From assembly GCA_045647355.1 (NCBI GenBank), contig JAZRMF010000005.1, positions 101,763-165,762 on the forward strand: a DNA stretch of 64,000 nt, read 5' to 3'. Positions 30,043 to 39,769 of this stretch are shown piece after piece. Numbering within the stretch: position 1 is the stretch's first letter; each line of letters starts with the position of its first letter. Source of the stretch: Candidatus Enterousia sp. (GTDB lineage: Bacteria; Pseudomonadota; Alphaproteobacteria; Rs-D84). The notes below the pieces were generated by a model, which was not told the DNA's origin, ran no database searches, and saw only the letters and a program-made list of their open reading frames with translations. The translations under genes and the position numbers were made by a program.

Positions 30043-30720
30043 CTACATTGCCCCTTGTATTTCCTGTTTTAATATGGAGAAAAATGTTGCCATGCGTTCC
30101 AGACGCAATTTTGCAATTTGTTTTGCGGTTTCTGTAAACATCTTGTCTGGGATATTTACATTTTTTGTTGCAAATTCTATATTCGGTGTATGTTTAGAAA
30201 TATCTATTATTTTGCCAGATGCGGTTCCACCAACCAAATTTGTTTTTATATATTCATCAATATCGCAGTCATTATATATTTCTTGTTTTTGTTCCCCTGC
30301 TATCATATAAGAACGTGCGATTCCTATATTACCTATGACATCCAATTTGTCCGCATCAAACAAAATTTTGGCTTCCATACTTTCTGGAACCAATCCACCC
30401 CTAAAACGGTGTGTTCTGATTGCGGCAGCAACGGCCTGTGCAAACGATGTTGGTTTACCCAAAGATTCCAATATGTCCTGAGCCTGTTGCGCCCCCAATA
30501 TGGCATGATCTATTTTTTGACCATCATGTGGCATATCTTCTTCGGGACGCGCAATATCATGTAACAATGCCGCCGCCTTTAAAACATCCATGTCTACAAT
30601 ACAATTTGGTTCTGTTTGCGCAATTTTTATACAGTTATTATACACCCTAAATGTATGTGACAGGTCGTGAGATGACGATTGTAATTTGTTTTTTACTATG
30701 ACAACTAGTTCATCAAACAT
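30043..30720 (-). CDS. HD-domain phosphohydrolase
   Basis: H...LLHDIARP...H...D metal-binding pattern. Confidence 0.65.
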   Translation of the reverse strand: MFDELVVIVKNKLQSSSHDLSHTFRVYNNCIKIAQTEPNCIVDMDVLKAAALLHDIARPEEDMPHDGQKIDHAILGAQQAQDILESLGKPTSFAQAVAAAIRTHRFRGGLVPESMEAKILFDADKLDVIGNIGIARSYMIAGEQKQEIYNDCDIDEYIKTNLVGGTASGKIIDISKHTPNIEFATKNVNIPDKMFTETAKQIAKLRLERMATFFSILKQEIQGAM

Positions 30721-30736
30721 AGACTTCCCCTTTTTA

Positions 30737-31660
30737 TTATCGCGTTCGTTTTCTTGCCTCTAGCATTGGATATATAGCACAATCTGTACAGCAAGGGCAA
30801 GGTTCTTGTTCCCCAACGACAATTGATTGTCCTGTCAACAACTGTTCTGGTGTTATTTGTTGTGTACTGTATAAACATGGTGAAATTACTCCATTTGGAT
30901 GGACGAAAACGAACGTTTTGCCAGCAAGGCATTTATTTTCGCCATTTTGCATCAACAAATCCAAATGTCCAGTATCTATAAATTGCTTTAAACACATCAG
31001 AAATTCATTATCGCCACAATGTGTCGCAATAAATCTAGAAACTTCTTGCTTTTGCTTTACCGGCACAGATAAATCCATGTCCATATTTTTGTAATATGTA
31101 GATGATTTATCTGCTAGTCTAAAACTAAACATTGCGTTATTTTTGTGCGCAATATCATATACGTGTTGCAGATTTTGCATATTTGCGTTTTCTCTCGATA
31201 ATGTCATGGACAAAGACAAATTAAGATTTGGAATATGCGCCATACGACCCAATACATCTATAACACAATCATAATTGTCTATTCCGCGTAATTTGTTATG
31301 AGTTTCTTTGGTACCTTCAATTGATACACTTAAAATCACCTGTTCAAACATTTTGGCGGCATAGACGCAAATACGATTGATGACATCGGGACGCGTTGCA
31401 TTTGTATTTAAAAACAACCGTTGTAATTTTGGCATACACCCTTTAAGAACCTGGATTATATCAATTAAATCGTTGCGTAAAAAGGGTTCACCCCCCGTTA
31501 AACTTATCGTATCCACCTGGGCAAAACATTGATGCGAAAATAATTTTTCTATTTCTGCGACAGACATTTCGCCATAGAAAGATTTTTCTTTCCATATGTT
31601 ACACATTGTGCAATGGCTGTTACATCTGTTGGTTACCGAAAAAGAAACATTATTTACCAT
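30737..31660 (-). CDS. radical SAM enzyme with C-terminal Cys-rich (SPASM/twitch-like) region
   Basis: CNSHCTMCN (CxxxCxxC), GGEP motif, C-terminal EPCPCCTDC. Confidence 0.75.
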   Translation of the reverse strand: MVNNVSFSVTNRCNSHCTMCNIWKEKSFYGEMSVAEIEKLFSHQCFAQVDTISLTGGEPFLRNDLIDIIQVLKGCMPKLQRLFLNTNATRPDVINRICVYAAKMFEQVILSVSIEGTKETHNKLRGIDNYDCVIDVLGRMAHIPNLNLSLSMTLSRENANMQNLQHVYDIAHKNNAMFSFRLADKSSTYYKNMDMDLSVPVKQKQEVSRFIATHCGDNEFLMCLKQFIDTGHLDLLMQNGENKCLAGKTFVFVHPNGVISPCLYSTQQITPEQLLTGQSIVVGEQEPCPCCTDCAIYPMLEARKRTR

Positions 31661-32771
31661 GTTGCTTTTCCCAATTTAAATTATTTTGCCACACGTATTC
31701 TCTCTGATACGGCTTAAATGAAAAGCATAATGGGCAATAATCACCGCAATTCATACTCTTGCTTTGGTTTGTACATGGGGTTGGATTATCCATATCATGA
31801 TCTGATAATTCGTTCAAATACCCCTCTTCCCATACAATTTTGTCATCATAATATTTTGCGACACAATATTTTGAACTGATTAATCCGGAACAGATTCTAA
31901 TCTGGCCATCAGGATGTATCAACACACGTTCACCCAGTTTTGCTGGACAATATCCATAATATTTTGGATTGCTATCAAATTCTTCTTTCGTCACAAAGTG
32001 GTACGGAATTCGAACGTGGACACCGAATTTGCCTGCGGCAACCTTATCCGCCAAAATATCACGCGCAATTATCCAATCTTCTGGCTTAACAGCGGTGTCT
32101 TCGGTCCATGTATCCATTGGGAAACCATGTTTGAACAACACATGAAAGTTGATATTTCTGACACCAAGATCCTGGGCAAAAAGAATCATATTTTCTATTT
32201 CCAACTGACCGTTTTTATCTTTTTGTAACAACATTGGATGTATACAAGATGTTATGTCAACCGTATACCCCAAATCAACGGCCCGTTTTATATTCTTTTG
32301 ACACTTGTCAAATGCACCCGGTCCACGCAGAAAATCGTTTATTTCTGGACGATGACCATCTATGCTGAACGACACTTCATCTAATGCCTTGATATCATCC
32401 AAATTCAGCATATCGTCTTCAAATTGTCCATTTGTATCCATACGAACATATGAATAACCAATTTGTTTCAATTTTTGTATAAACGTTCCCAAATCTTTGT
32501 GTTCTGGGTCACCATATTTGGATGGTTCGCCACCCATAATTGTTGCCTTACGTGCCCCTAATGTATGCACATCTTCCGCCAAATTGCACATCTGATCCAG
32601 TGGAATTTGCCGTCTGTTATTCATTTTGAAAACCAAATTGGGTTTATACAAGCACTGTTTACAACGCAGATGGCATTCTTCGGTGGTATAAAAGAACACC
32701 TGTTTAACCCGACCATCAAAATAATTAATAAATTTATCTGATATATCATAATGGTATTTTTTATTTGGCAT
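31650..32771 (-). CDS. radical SAM / SPASM-domain enzyme
   Basis: CHLRCKQC (CxxxCxxC), GGEP, C-terminal CTNQSKSMNCGDYCPLC. Confidence 0.75.
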   Translation of the reverse strand: MPNKKYHYDISDKFINYFDGRVKQVFFYTTEECHLRCKQCLYKPNLVFKMNNRRQIPLDQMCNLAEDVHTLGARKATIMGGEPSKYGDPEHKDLGTFIQKLKQIGYSYVRMDTNGQFEDDMLNLDDIKALDEVSFSIDGHRPEINDFLRGPGAFDKCQKNIKRAVDLGYTVDITSCIHPMLLQKDKNGQLEIENMILFAQDLGVRNINFHVLFKHGFPMDTWTEDTAVKPEDWIIARDILADKVAAGKFGVHVRIPYHFVTKEEFDSNPKYYGYCPAKLGERVLIHPDGQIRICSGLISSKYCVAKYYDDKIVWEEGYLNELSDHDMDNPTPCTNQSKSMNCGDYCPLCFSFKPYQREYVWQNNLNWEKQHGK

Positions 32772-32902
32772 ATTGTATCCTTATGTAATTAAAAAAGACT
32801 AACCGACCCCATGTCGAATTAGTCTCCTTTTCTTCTTTGACGTATCATATTCTAGACAAACAAACACGAAATGTCAATAAATTAATACCTATCGAGGCAA
32901 AA

Positions 32903-33226
32903 TCATTTGCGCGCAATTACGGCATGCACCACCTTTAACAGCACCTTTTCATTGTGCAATTCGGAATATTTGTTTTTAACATCCAAACCGATTGTTGTAA
33001 TATACCGACATATAGCCCTGTATTTACGGATGCTTTCTTCGGCATCGCGACCGACTTTCGTCATGTATCGGTCTAGGCCCTGACCTATGGTTGGTATTCG
33101 CGGGCACATTGCAGATTGACCATGCGATAGTTCCCGCACCAGTTTGACCAATATCTGCTGTTGCCGGCATATTTTTCTTTCGATTTCGATTATGCGTTTT
33201 TCGCGTTCTGCGATTGATAATGTCAT
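32903..33226 (-). CDS. hypothetical protein
   Basis: start at MTLSIAE with RBS aaagggg. Confidence 0.4.
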   Translation of the reverse strand: MTLSIAEREKRIIEIERKICRQQQILVKLVRELSHGQSAMCPRIPTIGQGLDRYMTKVGRDAEESIRKYRAICRYITTIGLDVKNKYSELHNEKVLLKVVHAVIARK

Positions 33227-33377
33227 GGTTTGCCCCTTTGTTGTATTAAGTACAACCTTATCAGGCAATATTGGATAATCTAATATTTATTGCCCCCCAC
33301 AAATGCCACACGTGGTAATTGGCAATTTTTTCTACGATAATTCCGAAAAACAGGTGCCGATTGGCACCCGTTTATTT

Positions 33378-33707
33378 TTACTTGTTATAATCAAATCGTT
33401 CTTTATGAAATACGAACAGGTCTTTGCCTTCGTATTTTTTATAGATTTCATAGATTGTTTTAAATTCATCCATAGTAATGGCATGATCGCCAACAACTTG
33501 TGCATATGCTACACCTGGACGACCAAGCGCATACAATTTTTGTTTGATGTTTATGAATATCCAATTACATCCCCAGCATCCACTGTATGAAGTCGATTTA
33601 AAGCCTTGTGATCGTAACCATTTTGTAACCTCGGAATCATGCTGCTTCAAGCTATCGTCACAAACCAAGAAACAACCATAATCTGATAAACGTAATTTTT
33701 GTTCCAT
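33378..33707 (-). CDS. hypothetical small Cys/Trp-rich protein
   Basis: start at MEQKLRL with RBS aaggggg; SYSGCWGCNW motif. Confidence 0.4.
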   Translation of the reverse strand: MEQKLRLSDYGCFLVCDDSLKQHDSEVTKWLRSQGFKSTSYSGCWGCNWIFINIKQKLYALGRPGVAYAQVVGDHAITMDEFKTIYEIYKKYEGKDLFVFHKERFDYNK

Positions 33708-33717
33708 TTTAACCCCC

Positions 33718-34737
33718 TTATTTATTATTTGGCAAAATACCTGATATTCCCATGCCACATAATTTGGTATATACTGGACGATTCAACCCCAAGTATTTGC
33801 TAAGGGTGGACGGTTTTTGGTTACACCATAAATCATGATAGGAAACGTTGCCGTTTTTAATCGTCTTTATCAGGCCACTTGGCAATTCGGTGCGCCCGAT
33901 GCACGAAGACAGGTAAACAAAGCACTCGTCATTATCGCCCAAATGTTCACATGCCAATATGCGCGCGTACACGTTCAGTGTTAAATCGGCCTTGCTGGCG
34001 TCTTTGGTCCATGGGCTGCCCCCGCCAATTGGGCACGCGGTGGAATAAAAATCGCACGCCAATTTACGTCCGGTCACACCACAATCGGCAATTGGTCCAT
34101 GATGGGTATAACGCCCCGTGCCGTTTACGATGATATTGGTCGGCCGTGCACCCAAAATATCCTCGATAGCCCCCGTCAGGTCTTCGTCCCGCAACATAGG
34201 AATCGCGACAATCGCGGTTTCTATTTTATCATCGTTCAATGTGATTTGCGTTTTGATATCTAACCCCAGGTTATCTGATTCACGCGCCAATTCATATAGG
34301 GCGTTGTTTAGTTTTTTTGCCAAAAACAGTTTCCTGTTTATTTTGCCCTCACCTTGGCACGCGTATCCAACAAACACACCTTGGTCGCCCCAGCCGTTAT
34401 TATCAACCCCACGGGCAATATCCGCCGATTGCATTCCAATAAGGTTGATTATCTCGATTTTATCCGGCTTAATCGCACAATCCCCCCATATTTTGGCATA
34501 ACGTTCGTCATAGCCGATTTCGGCCAATGCCTGTTTCACATACGTGCCTAAATCGCCGATTGTGGCGTGGCTGGTTATCTCTCCGCCCAGGACAACTGTG
34601 TTGCCCTTGATCATAACCTCGACAGCATATCGAACATTTGGATCTTTGGTAATCATGCGGTCCAAAATAAAGCTTGAAATATAATCGGCTGTTTTATCTG
34701 GGTGTCCCAAAGACACCGCTTCTGCTGTTCTTTGCAT
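33718..34737 (-). CDS. divergent S-adenosylmethionine synthetase (MetK) paralog, 339 aa
   Basis: SLGHPDKTAD, GGEITS, GWGDQGVFVGYA, GPIADCGVTGRK, GGGSPWTKDASK align to MetK motifs but phosphate-loop residues altered and protein about 45 aa shorter. Confidence 0.65.
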   Translation of the reverse strand: MQRTAEAVSLGHPDKTADYISSFILDRMITKDPNVRYAVEVMIKGNTVVLGGEITSHATIGDLGTYVKQALAEIGYDERYAKIWGDCAIKPDKIEIINLIGMQSADIARGVDNNGWGDQGVFVGYACQGEGKINRKLFLAKKLNNALYELARESDNLGLDIKTQITLNDDKIETAIVAIPMLRDEDLTGAIEDILGARPTNIIVNGTGRYTHHGPIADCGVTGRKLACDFYSTACPIGGGSPWTKDASKADLTLNVYARILACEHLGDNDECFVYLSSCIGRTELPSGLIKTIKNGNVSYHDLWCNQKPSTLSKYLGLNRPVYTKLCGMGISGILPNNK

Positions 34738-34956
34738 AATTCACTCCTTTGGTTTCTGCGAACATAACCAAAGGTGGATTCTTATGGCTACCGACACAGG
34801 CACAAAAGTGCTGTGCAAAATGCGGCATAAAATACAGGAAAAATTGCATAACAATAACTCCTTGTTTAGTCCGTTTAGAGGTAGGACAAGTCAGGTTAAA
34901 TCCACCTTAGTTAGTGTAAATAATATCAGCATTTATACAAAAAATCAAGACACCAA

Positions 34957-35349
34957 TTAAAATTTACTGTTACGCTTTACTAATACCTGTGAAATTATCA
35001 AATCAGCCGGTAATTGCGGATGTTGCAATAAATCTGTTAAGTTCACCCATTTTTGTTGATCATGTACTTTCAATGTTATATCGCTGGCATAATCCAAAAC
35101 TTCATACGCGTACAGTTCTAATTCTTTACCGGAATCCAATCGCAGTTTTGCAACGGTTATTAACTCGCCTATGTTGGCATCAATCCCTAATTCTTCTTTT
35201 AATTCACGATGCAGACAAACGGGGCCGTCTTCGCCATCTTCAAATTTACCGCCGGGGTATTCCCATTCGCCTGCCAATGGTTCTGTCGGCGCACGCCGCA
35301 TCAACAATACAGAATCATCCTTTCTAAATATTCCCGCCGTTACTTTCAT
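34957..35349 (-). CDS. NUDIX hydrolase
   Basis: Nudix box GGKFEDGEDGPVCLHRELKEELGI. Confidence 0.8.
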   Translation of the reverse strand: MKVTAGIFRKDDSVLLMRRAPTEPLAGEWEYPGGKFEDGEDGPVCLHRELKEELGIDANIGELITVAKLRLDSGKELELYAYEVLDYASDITLKVHDQQKWVNLTDLLQHPQLPADLIISQVLVKRNSKF

Positions 35350-35505
35350 AAGTTTCCTTTATCCCCATTTACATATTTGCTGTATCTTGATAATTTAATA
35401 GAACCACGGGCGCCCGATTTTTTGTTCTCTGTGCTTTTTGATTTGGCTATACAGAACAATATGCCATTTTTTGAACAAATAAATGGATAAGCACCGAAAC
35501 CTCTA

Positions 35506-36258
35506 TCAACGATGTTTTCTGAATAATACCGATGGGCGATGTCCGGATCCAGAACGCATTTTATTGGTTGACACAACTTTGTTTGCTATTGTCCTGCGAA
35601 ATGCCGCAGGAAGCAATTTACGACCCAAAATTATTTCATAAACCTGTTGTAATTCACCCAATGTAAATTCGCTTGGCATCATGTCAAACACTATGTCTGT
35701 GTATTCAATTTTGTTGCGCAAACGTTCTATGCCAGCCTTTATAATGATTGCATGATCAAATGCCAAATCTGCCTCGGCCAAAGTTAAATCTTCGTTATGC
35801 AACAATAATTTGCCGTTATTATACTCTATGCTGAACCATTTTGCATCGTGATTGCCAGAATAATGCAGTTTATTTTTGTTTATCAACGCCATATGCGCAA
35901 TCGAAAAAACACGCGTTCTGGGATCACGATTTGGCGCATCAAATGTGTATAACTGTTCCAAATATATGTTACCGGTTGCGCCTGTTTCATTACGCAATAT
36001 GCGATATGCCGCATCAAGCGCAGTTTCCTGAATTCCTATAAAACCGCCAGGCAAATTCCACTTGCCTTTTTGTGGATAATCATCGCGATGTACCAATAAA
36101 ACACTGAATAATTGTTTATCTGCTTTGCGCCAATTTTCTGCTGCACTGTTTGACACAGAAAATATCAACACATCAGATGTAACCGATGGGCGGTCAAATT
36201 TTGATGCATCGTATGCAGCCAAGAATTCTGCTTCAGATGAAAATTCGTGTTTTAGCAT
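35506..36258 (-). CDS. nrtR: NrtR-like Nudix-related transcriptional regulator
   Basis: N-terminal Nudix fold (PGGFIGIQETALDAAYRILRNETG) + C-terminal wHTH FTLGELQQVYEIILGRKLLPAAFRR typical of NrtR; start at MLKHEF with RBS aggaaagg. Confidence 0.55.
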   Translation of the reverse strand: MLKHEFSSEAEFLAAYDASKFDRPSVTSDVLIFSVSNSAAENWRKADKQLFSVLLVHRDDYPQKGKWNLPGGFIGIQETALDAAYRILRNETGATGNIYLEQLYTFDAPNRDPRTRVFSIAHMALINKNKLHYSGNHDAKWFSIEYNNGKLLLHNEDLTLAEADLAFDHAIIIKAGIERLRNKIEYTDIVFDMMPSEFTLGELQQVYEIILGRKLLPAAFRRTIANKVVSTNKMRSGSGHRPSVLFRKHR

Positions 36259-36332
36259 ACCTTTCCTACTTTGTTTTATATTTTTGTATTTTGGCAATAA
36301 TCAATAGCATTGTCAAATCTTTGATTTTCCCT

Positions 36333-36641
36333 TTATCTTGTTTGTTCCACGACCAAGCCATTTCTACGCCAGGTATACAACCATTCTTCATATAGTTTTG
36401 ATTTTTTTCCCAACATTCGCTGTTCTGACTTTGGTAAAAAAAATTTCCCGGAATTATAACGAATATAACTTGCGTCATCTAACATTAGCCCAGCAATTTC
36501 ATAATTATGCTCAATTGCACTATGTAATTCAGCCCATTCTGGATAAACACTTTTTACCCGTTCAGCAAAATCTGCCACCCAGGCATTGTAATTTCCGTTG
36601 AATTTATCCTCAACAATAGTAGATAATGGTCCAAGGCTCAT
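36333..36641 (-). CDS. hypothetical protein
   Basis: ORF only. Confidence 0.35.
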   Translation of the reverse strand: MSLGPLSTIVEDKFNGNYNAWVADFAERVKSVYPEWAELHSAIEHNYEIAGLMLDDASYIRYNSGKFFLPKSEQRMLGKKSKLYEEWLYTWRRNGLVVEQTR

Positions 36642-36646
36642 TTTTA

Positions 36647-37462
36647 TTACCTTTTGTTCTGCAATTGTTTGGCTGTCGTCAATTGAATATTAAAGTGTGA
36701 AAAATCAAATAATTTGACGACCTGGTCGATTTCTTGATTTATTCCACGACAAAGGTCTTGTACAACCGTCACAGAATAGCCCTTGCATAAATATCCCCAA
36801 ATCGCATATTTTACGCAGAAATCACTCGCAACGCCCATAATATAAACATCTGTATTTTTCGGTTCAAATCCGGTCAGGGCTTTTTGTATTGCACGCGGAT
36901 CCGCCCACACATCATACACATTTTTTAATATTCTGTCATATTTATCCAATCGTATTGCTAATTTCCATCCATTTGTTCCGTACAAACAATGCGGCGGAAA
37001 ATCTCTTGATTCTGATGTGTTGTTATATGTTGCGCGATAATGCGTATCAAATGTTGCTATAGTTTTATCGAATTTAACTTTACGCAAAAAATCATTTGCT
37101 GGCTCAATCAAAGATTCTGCACCGGCAACAGGCAGTTTACCATTTGCCATCACAAAATCTTTTTGCATGTCAACAATGTGTAAAAGTGTTTTGTTCGTTT
37201 TTTTATTGTCTTCTACTTTTGGACTTTTGTATTTTTTCACTAACTTTATCACATCACTAACGGTCTGAATTTTGTCTTGTTCGCTATCAGGAATAATAAC
37301 TTCTAAATCTCTTTCGACATCCATTAATAATTCGACTTTATCCAAGGAATCTGCACCCAAATCGTCTTCAAAAAATGCATTTGGGGTTATTTCACTTGCA
37401 TCAACATCTAATCGTTCCAAAATAATTGGACGAATTTGTTCAAGTATTTGCTTGTCTGACAT
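36647..37462 (-). CDS. acyl-carrier-protein domain fused to isochorismatase-family cysteine hydrolase (nicotinamidase-like)
   Basis: ACP motif DLGADSLDKVELLMDVE; C-terminal IVDMQKDF...GVASDFCV...V.DLCRGI cysteine-hydrolase motifs. Confidence 0.6.
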   Translation of the reverse strand: MSDKQILEQIRPIILERLDVDASEITPNAFFEDDLGADSLDKVELLMDVERDLEVIIPDSEQDKIQTVSDVIKLVKKYKSPKVEDNKKTNKTLLHIVDMQKDFVMANGKLPVAGAESLIEPANDFLRKVKFDKTIATFDTHYRATYNNTSESRDFPPHCLYGTNGWKLAIRLDKYDRILKNVYDVWADPRAIQKALTGFEPKNTDVYIMGVASDFCVKYAIWGYLCKGYSVTVVQDLCRGINQEIDQVVKLFDFSHFNIQLTTAKQLQNKR

Positions 37463-37696
37463 TTTTTATCCTTTTAGTTTTATCTGGTTTTTGTTATTTA
37501 CAAAATGATAATAACATAATAATATTATCATTGTCAAGATGTTATTATCAAAATATTTAAAACACAATAAAACCATATACGGATAAAACTCTAGAGACTT
37601 TTTCAGTTTTTAATATTTTACGTTTTACACGTGGTCTACACGAAGCCATTTTTTGCCTGAAAGGGCGGATTCTGGCGGCGTGCGAATTTTCTTTAC

Positions 37697-37793
37697 AAAA
37701 TGTTTATAAAGTCCTTGACTTATAGGGAGTTTAGGTATAATACAAGCGCTGTTATTCGGGCATAGTTCAGTCGGTAGAACAACGGACTGTTAA
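37697..37793 (+). repeat. direct repeat A: tRNA-Asn promoter + 5' 38 nt of tRNA-Asn (through anticodon loop), degenerate tRNA remnant
   Basis: identical to 50029-50066 then diverges after CTGTTAA; 3' acceptor-like GCCCGAGCA follows after 4 nt. Confidence 0.8.
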
Positions 37794-37920
37794 CGGCGCC
37801 CGAGCACCCTCCCTAACAGACGATAATTGTGAAAGAATGCGCTAATAACCGCTGCTTATTAAGAAAAGAAATTTGACCGTTTACGCTAAAAGTCTATCAA
37901 TATATGGTTTAACTCCAGAT

Positions 37921-38060
37921 AACGTTTTACACGTGGTTTACACAGAATGTGTTTACACACAGTTTACACCACCTTTTCAACCCCGCAAAATGCCGTAACG
38001 CCGTTCCGTTGTCCTTGCTACACACGGTTTACACACCGGCTACACACAAAAGTGATTTAC
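37921..38060. repeat. iteron-like TTTACAC/CTACAC direct repeats
   Basis: cgttttacacgtggtNtacac also at 37621-37641 and 39598-39618; YTACAC motifs recur near 56015-56150. Confidence 0.5.
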
Positions 38061-38110
38061 ATGGTCAAAAAAGATGAGGAACACGAATTCTTGGTCCCCT
38101 GTTCTAAGCA

Positions 38111-38557
38111 TTATAAATGTACGATTTCAATATCTGGGATTTGGCTTGCGATGTATTCAGCTGCTAGCCGTCTGTGACACATATCGGCTGTCTTTTCTGT
38201 GCAAAGTAAACATATCCTGTCTAGTTTATGAGTATCAAAATTTCGCAGCGGGTTGCGCGCGTTTAACAATTCGCGATATTTCTGCTCGAACTCTGCCCAA
38301 GCAAGTTTTTTATCTTTATAATCGGCCAAAAATTCTCCGCTTGGTGCAAATTCTGGATGGTATTCATAACGGCTACCAAGCACCAACGCCAAATTATCGC
38401 CATTATAATATGGCACATAAGTGCTCGTCCGCCAAAGCCGAATGTCCCACACACAACTTATGCGTGCCGCTGACAGCACTTCCAGAAAAACTTCTGGTTT
38501 TTTGCCACTAAAACCAATCGTAAATATCTTTGTCATATCAGTATAAAAATAGCCCAT
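38111..38557 (-). CDS. DUF488 family protein
   Basis: IFTIGFSGKKPEVFLEVLSAARISCVWDIR matches DUF488 N-terminal pattern. Confidence 0.5.
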   Translation of the reverse strand: MGYFYTDMTKIFTIGFSGKKPEVFLEVLSAARISCVWDIRLWRTSTYVPYYNGDNLALVLGSRYEYHPEFAPSGEFLADYKDKKLAWAEFEQKYRELLNARNPLRNFDTHKLDRICLLCTEKTADMCHRRLAAEYIASQIPDIEIVHL

Positions 38558-38620
38558 TCAATATCAAATAGCAATGACAAACTATTTATGATACAATTTT
38601 ATGAAAGGATTCTATTAAAC

Positions 38621-39568
38621 ATGAATATTTCAACAGATAAATTGTTACACAATATCGTGATTGATTCGCGACAACAATATGCATTGTACCTTAAAACTAG
38701 GCAAGGTGTGATCGAACAATATGGCGGCAAAAGGACCAGTGATTACACGAATTTTCGTATGGCATCTGTAACAAAACAATTTATATCATTTTGTATTTTA
38801 TTTCTTATACAATCTCGACATATCGGCATAAACACACGATTATCACAAATCTTTGACGACATACCAGAATACATGAAAAGCATCACTATTCGTCATTTAC
38901 TAACTCATACATCTGGCCTTATTGATTACGAAGACAGACCCAAAATCAGCCGCAAACAAATAACAGATAAAAAAGTATTTGAGTATCTAAAAACTTTAAA
39001 ACATGCATATTTTAAACCAGGCACAAAATACAGATACAGTAATAGCGGCTATATTATATTGGGACAAATTATAGAAAAAATATCCAAAAAGAAATTGCCG
39101 GTTTTTGTTCACAACACTATATTAGCTCCCGCGCGTATGCACAACTCTCTCATATACACCCAAGACGTTTCTGTGATAAAAAATCGTGCATATGGACATA
39201 AAATAGACAAAAACAATCGGATAATTATTTGTGATCAAGGTCCTAATACAGCAACCCAGGGCGATGGCGGTCTTTATTCTTCCATACATGATTTGAAAAA
39301 ATACCTATATTTTATTCAGCACAACCCATTGGCATCAAAAATGTTTGTACCGAATATATTACCAAACAGTAAAAACACAGGATACGGATTTGGTTTACGA
39401 ATAATAAAGCACAAGAATTACAAAATTATATACCATTGTGGTGGAACAATAGGAACAAACACTATTGTTGGTTTTATACCACGTTTAGACATTGAATTCG
39501 CATTTATGACATCACTCGACGGCATAGATACTGAAATATTTTTAAGAAATCTTTTGCATTGTTTCTAG
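38621..39568 (+). CDS. serine hydrolase, beta-lactamase/PBP transpeptidase-fold family
   Basis: S-x-x-K motif ASVTKQF, YSN-like YSNSGY; start at MNISTDK with RBS aaagga. Confidence 0.65.
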   Translation: MNISTDKLLHNIVIDSRQQYALYLKTRQGVIEQYGGKRTSDYTNFRMASVTKQFISFCILFLIQSRHIGINTRLSQIFDDIPEYMKSITIRHLLTHTSGLIDYEDRPKISRKQITDKKVFEYLKTLKHAYFKPGTKYRYSNSGYIILGQIIEKISKKKLPVFVHNTILAPARMHNSLIYTQDVSVIKNRAYGHKIDKNNRIIICDQGPNTATQGDGGLYSSIHDLKKYLYFIQHNPLASKMFVPNILPNSKNTGYGFGLRIIKHKNYKIIYHCGGTIGTNTIVGFIPRLDIEFAFMTSLDGIDTEIFLRNLLHCF

Positions 39569-39672
39569 ACAAACAAATATTTTATCTTAATTTTTGCGTT
39601 TTACACGTGGTTTACACGAAGCCATTTTTTGCCCCAAAATGCGGATTTCTGGGACAGACAATTTTTATTTGC

Positions 39673-39769
39673 AAAATGTTCAGAAAGTCCTTGACTTGTG
39701 CGGATTTTAGAGTTATTATATCGCCTGTTATTCGGGCATAGTTCAGTCGGTAGAACAACGGACTGTTAA
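39673..39769 (+). repeat. direct repeat B: tRNA-Asn promoter + 5' 38 nt of tRNA-Asn
   Basis: as repeat A; followed by 275-bp segment shared with repeat C flank. Confidence 0.8.

Noticed and set aside
34738-34956. Possible SAM riboswitch in the 219-nt leader of the MetK-like gene
   Set aside because: I read the minus-strand leader and found no recognisable SAM-I, SAM-II or SAM-V consensus. Only a long-range GGTGGAT/ATCCACC inverted repeat is present, so I do not call it.
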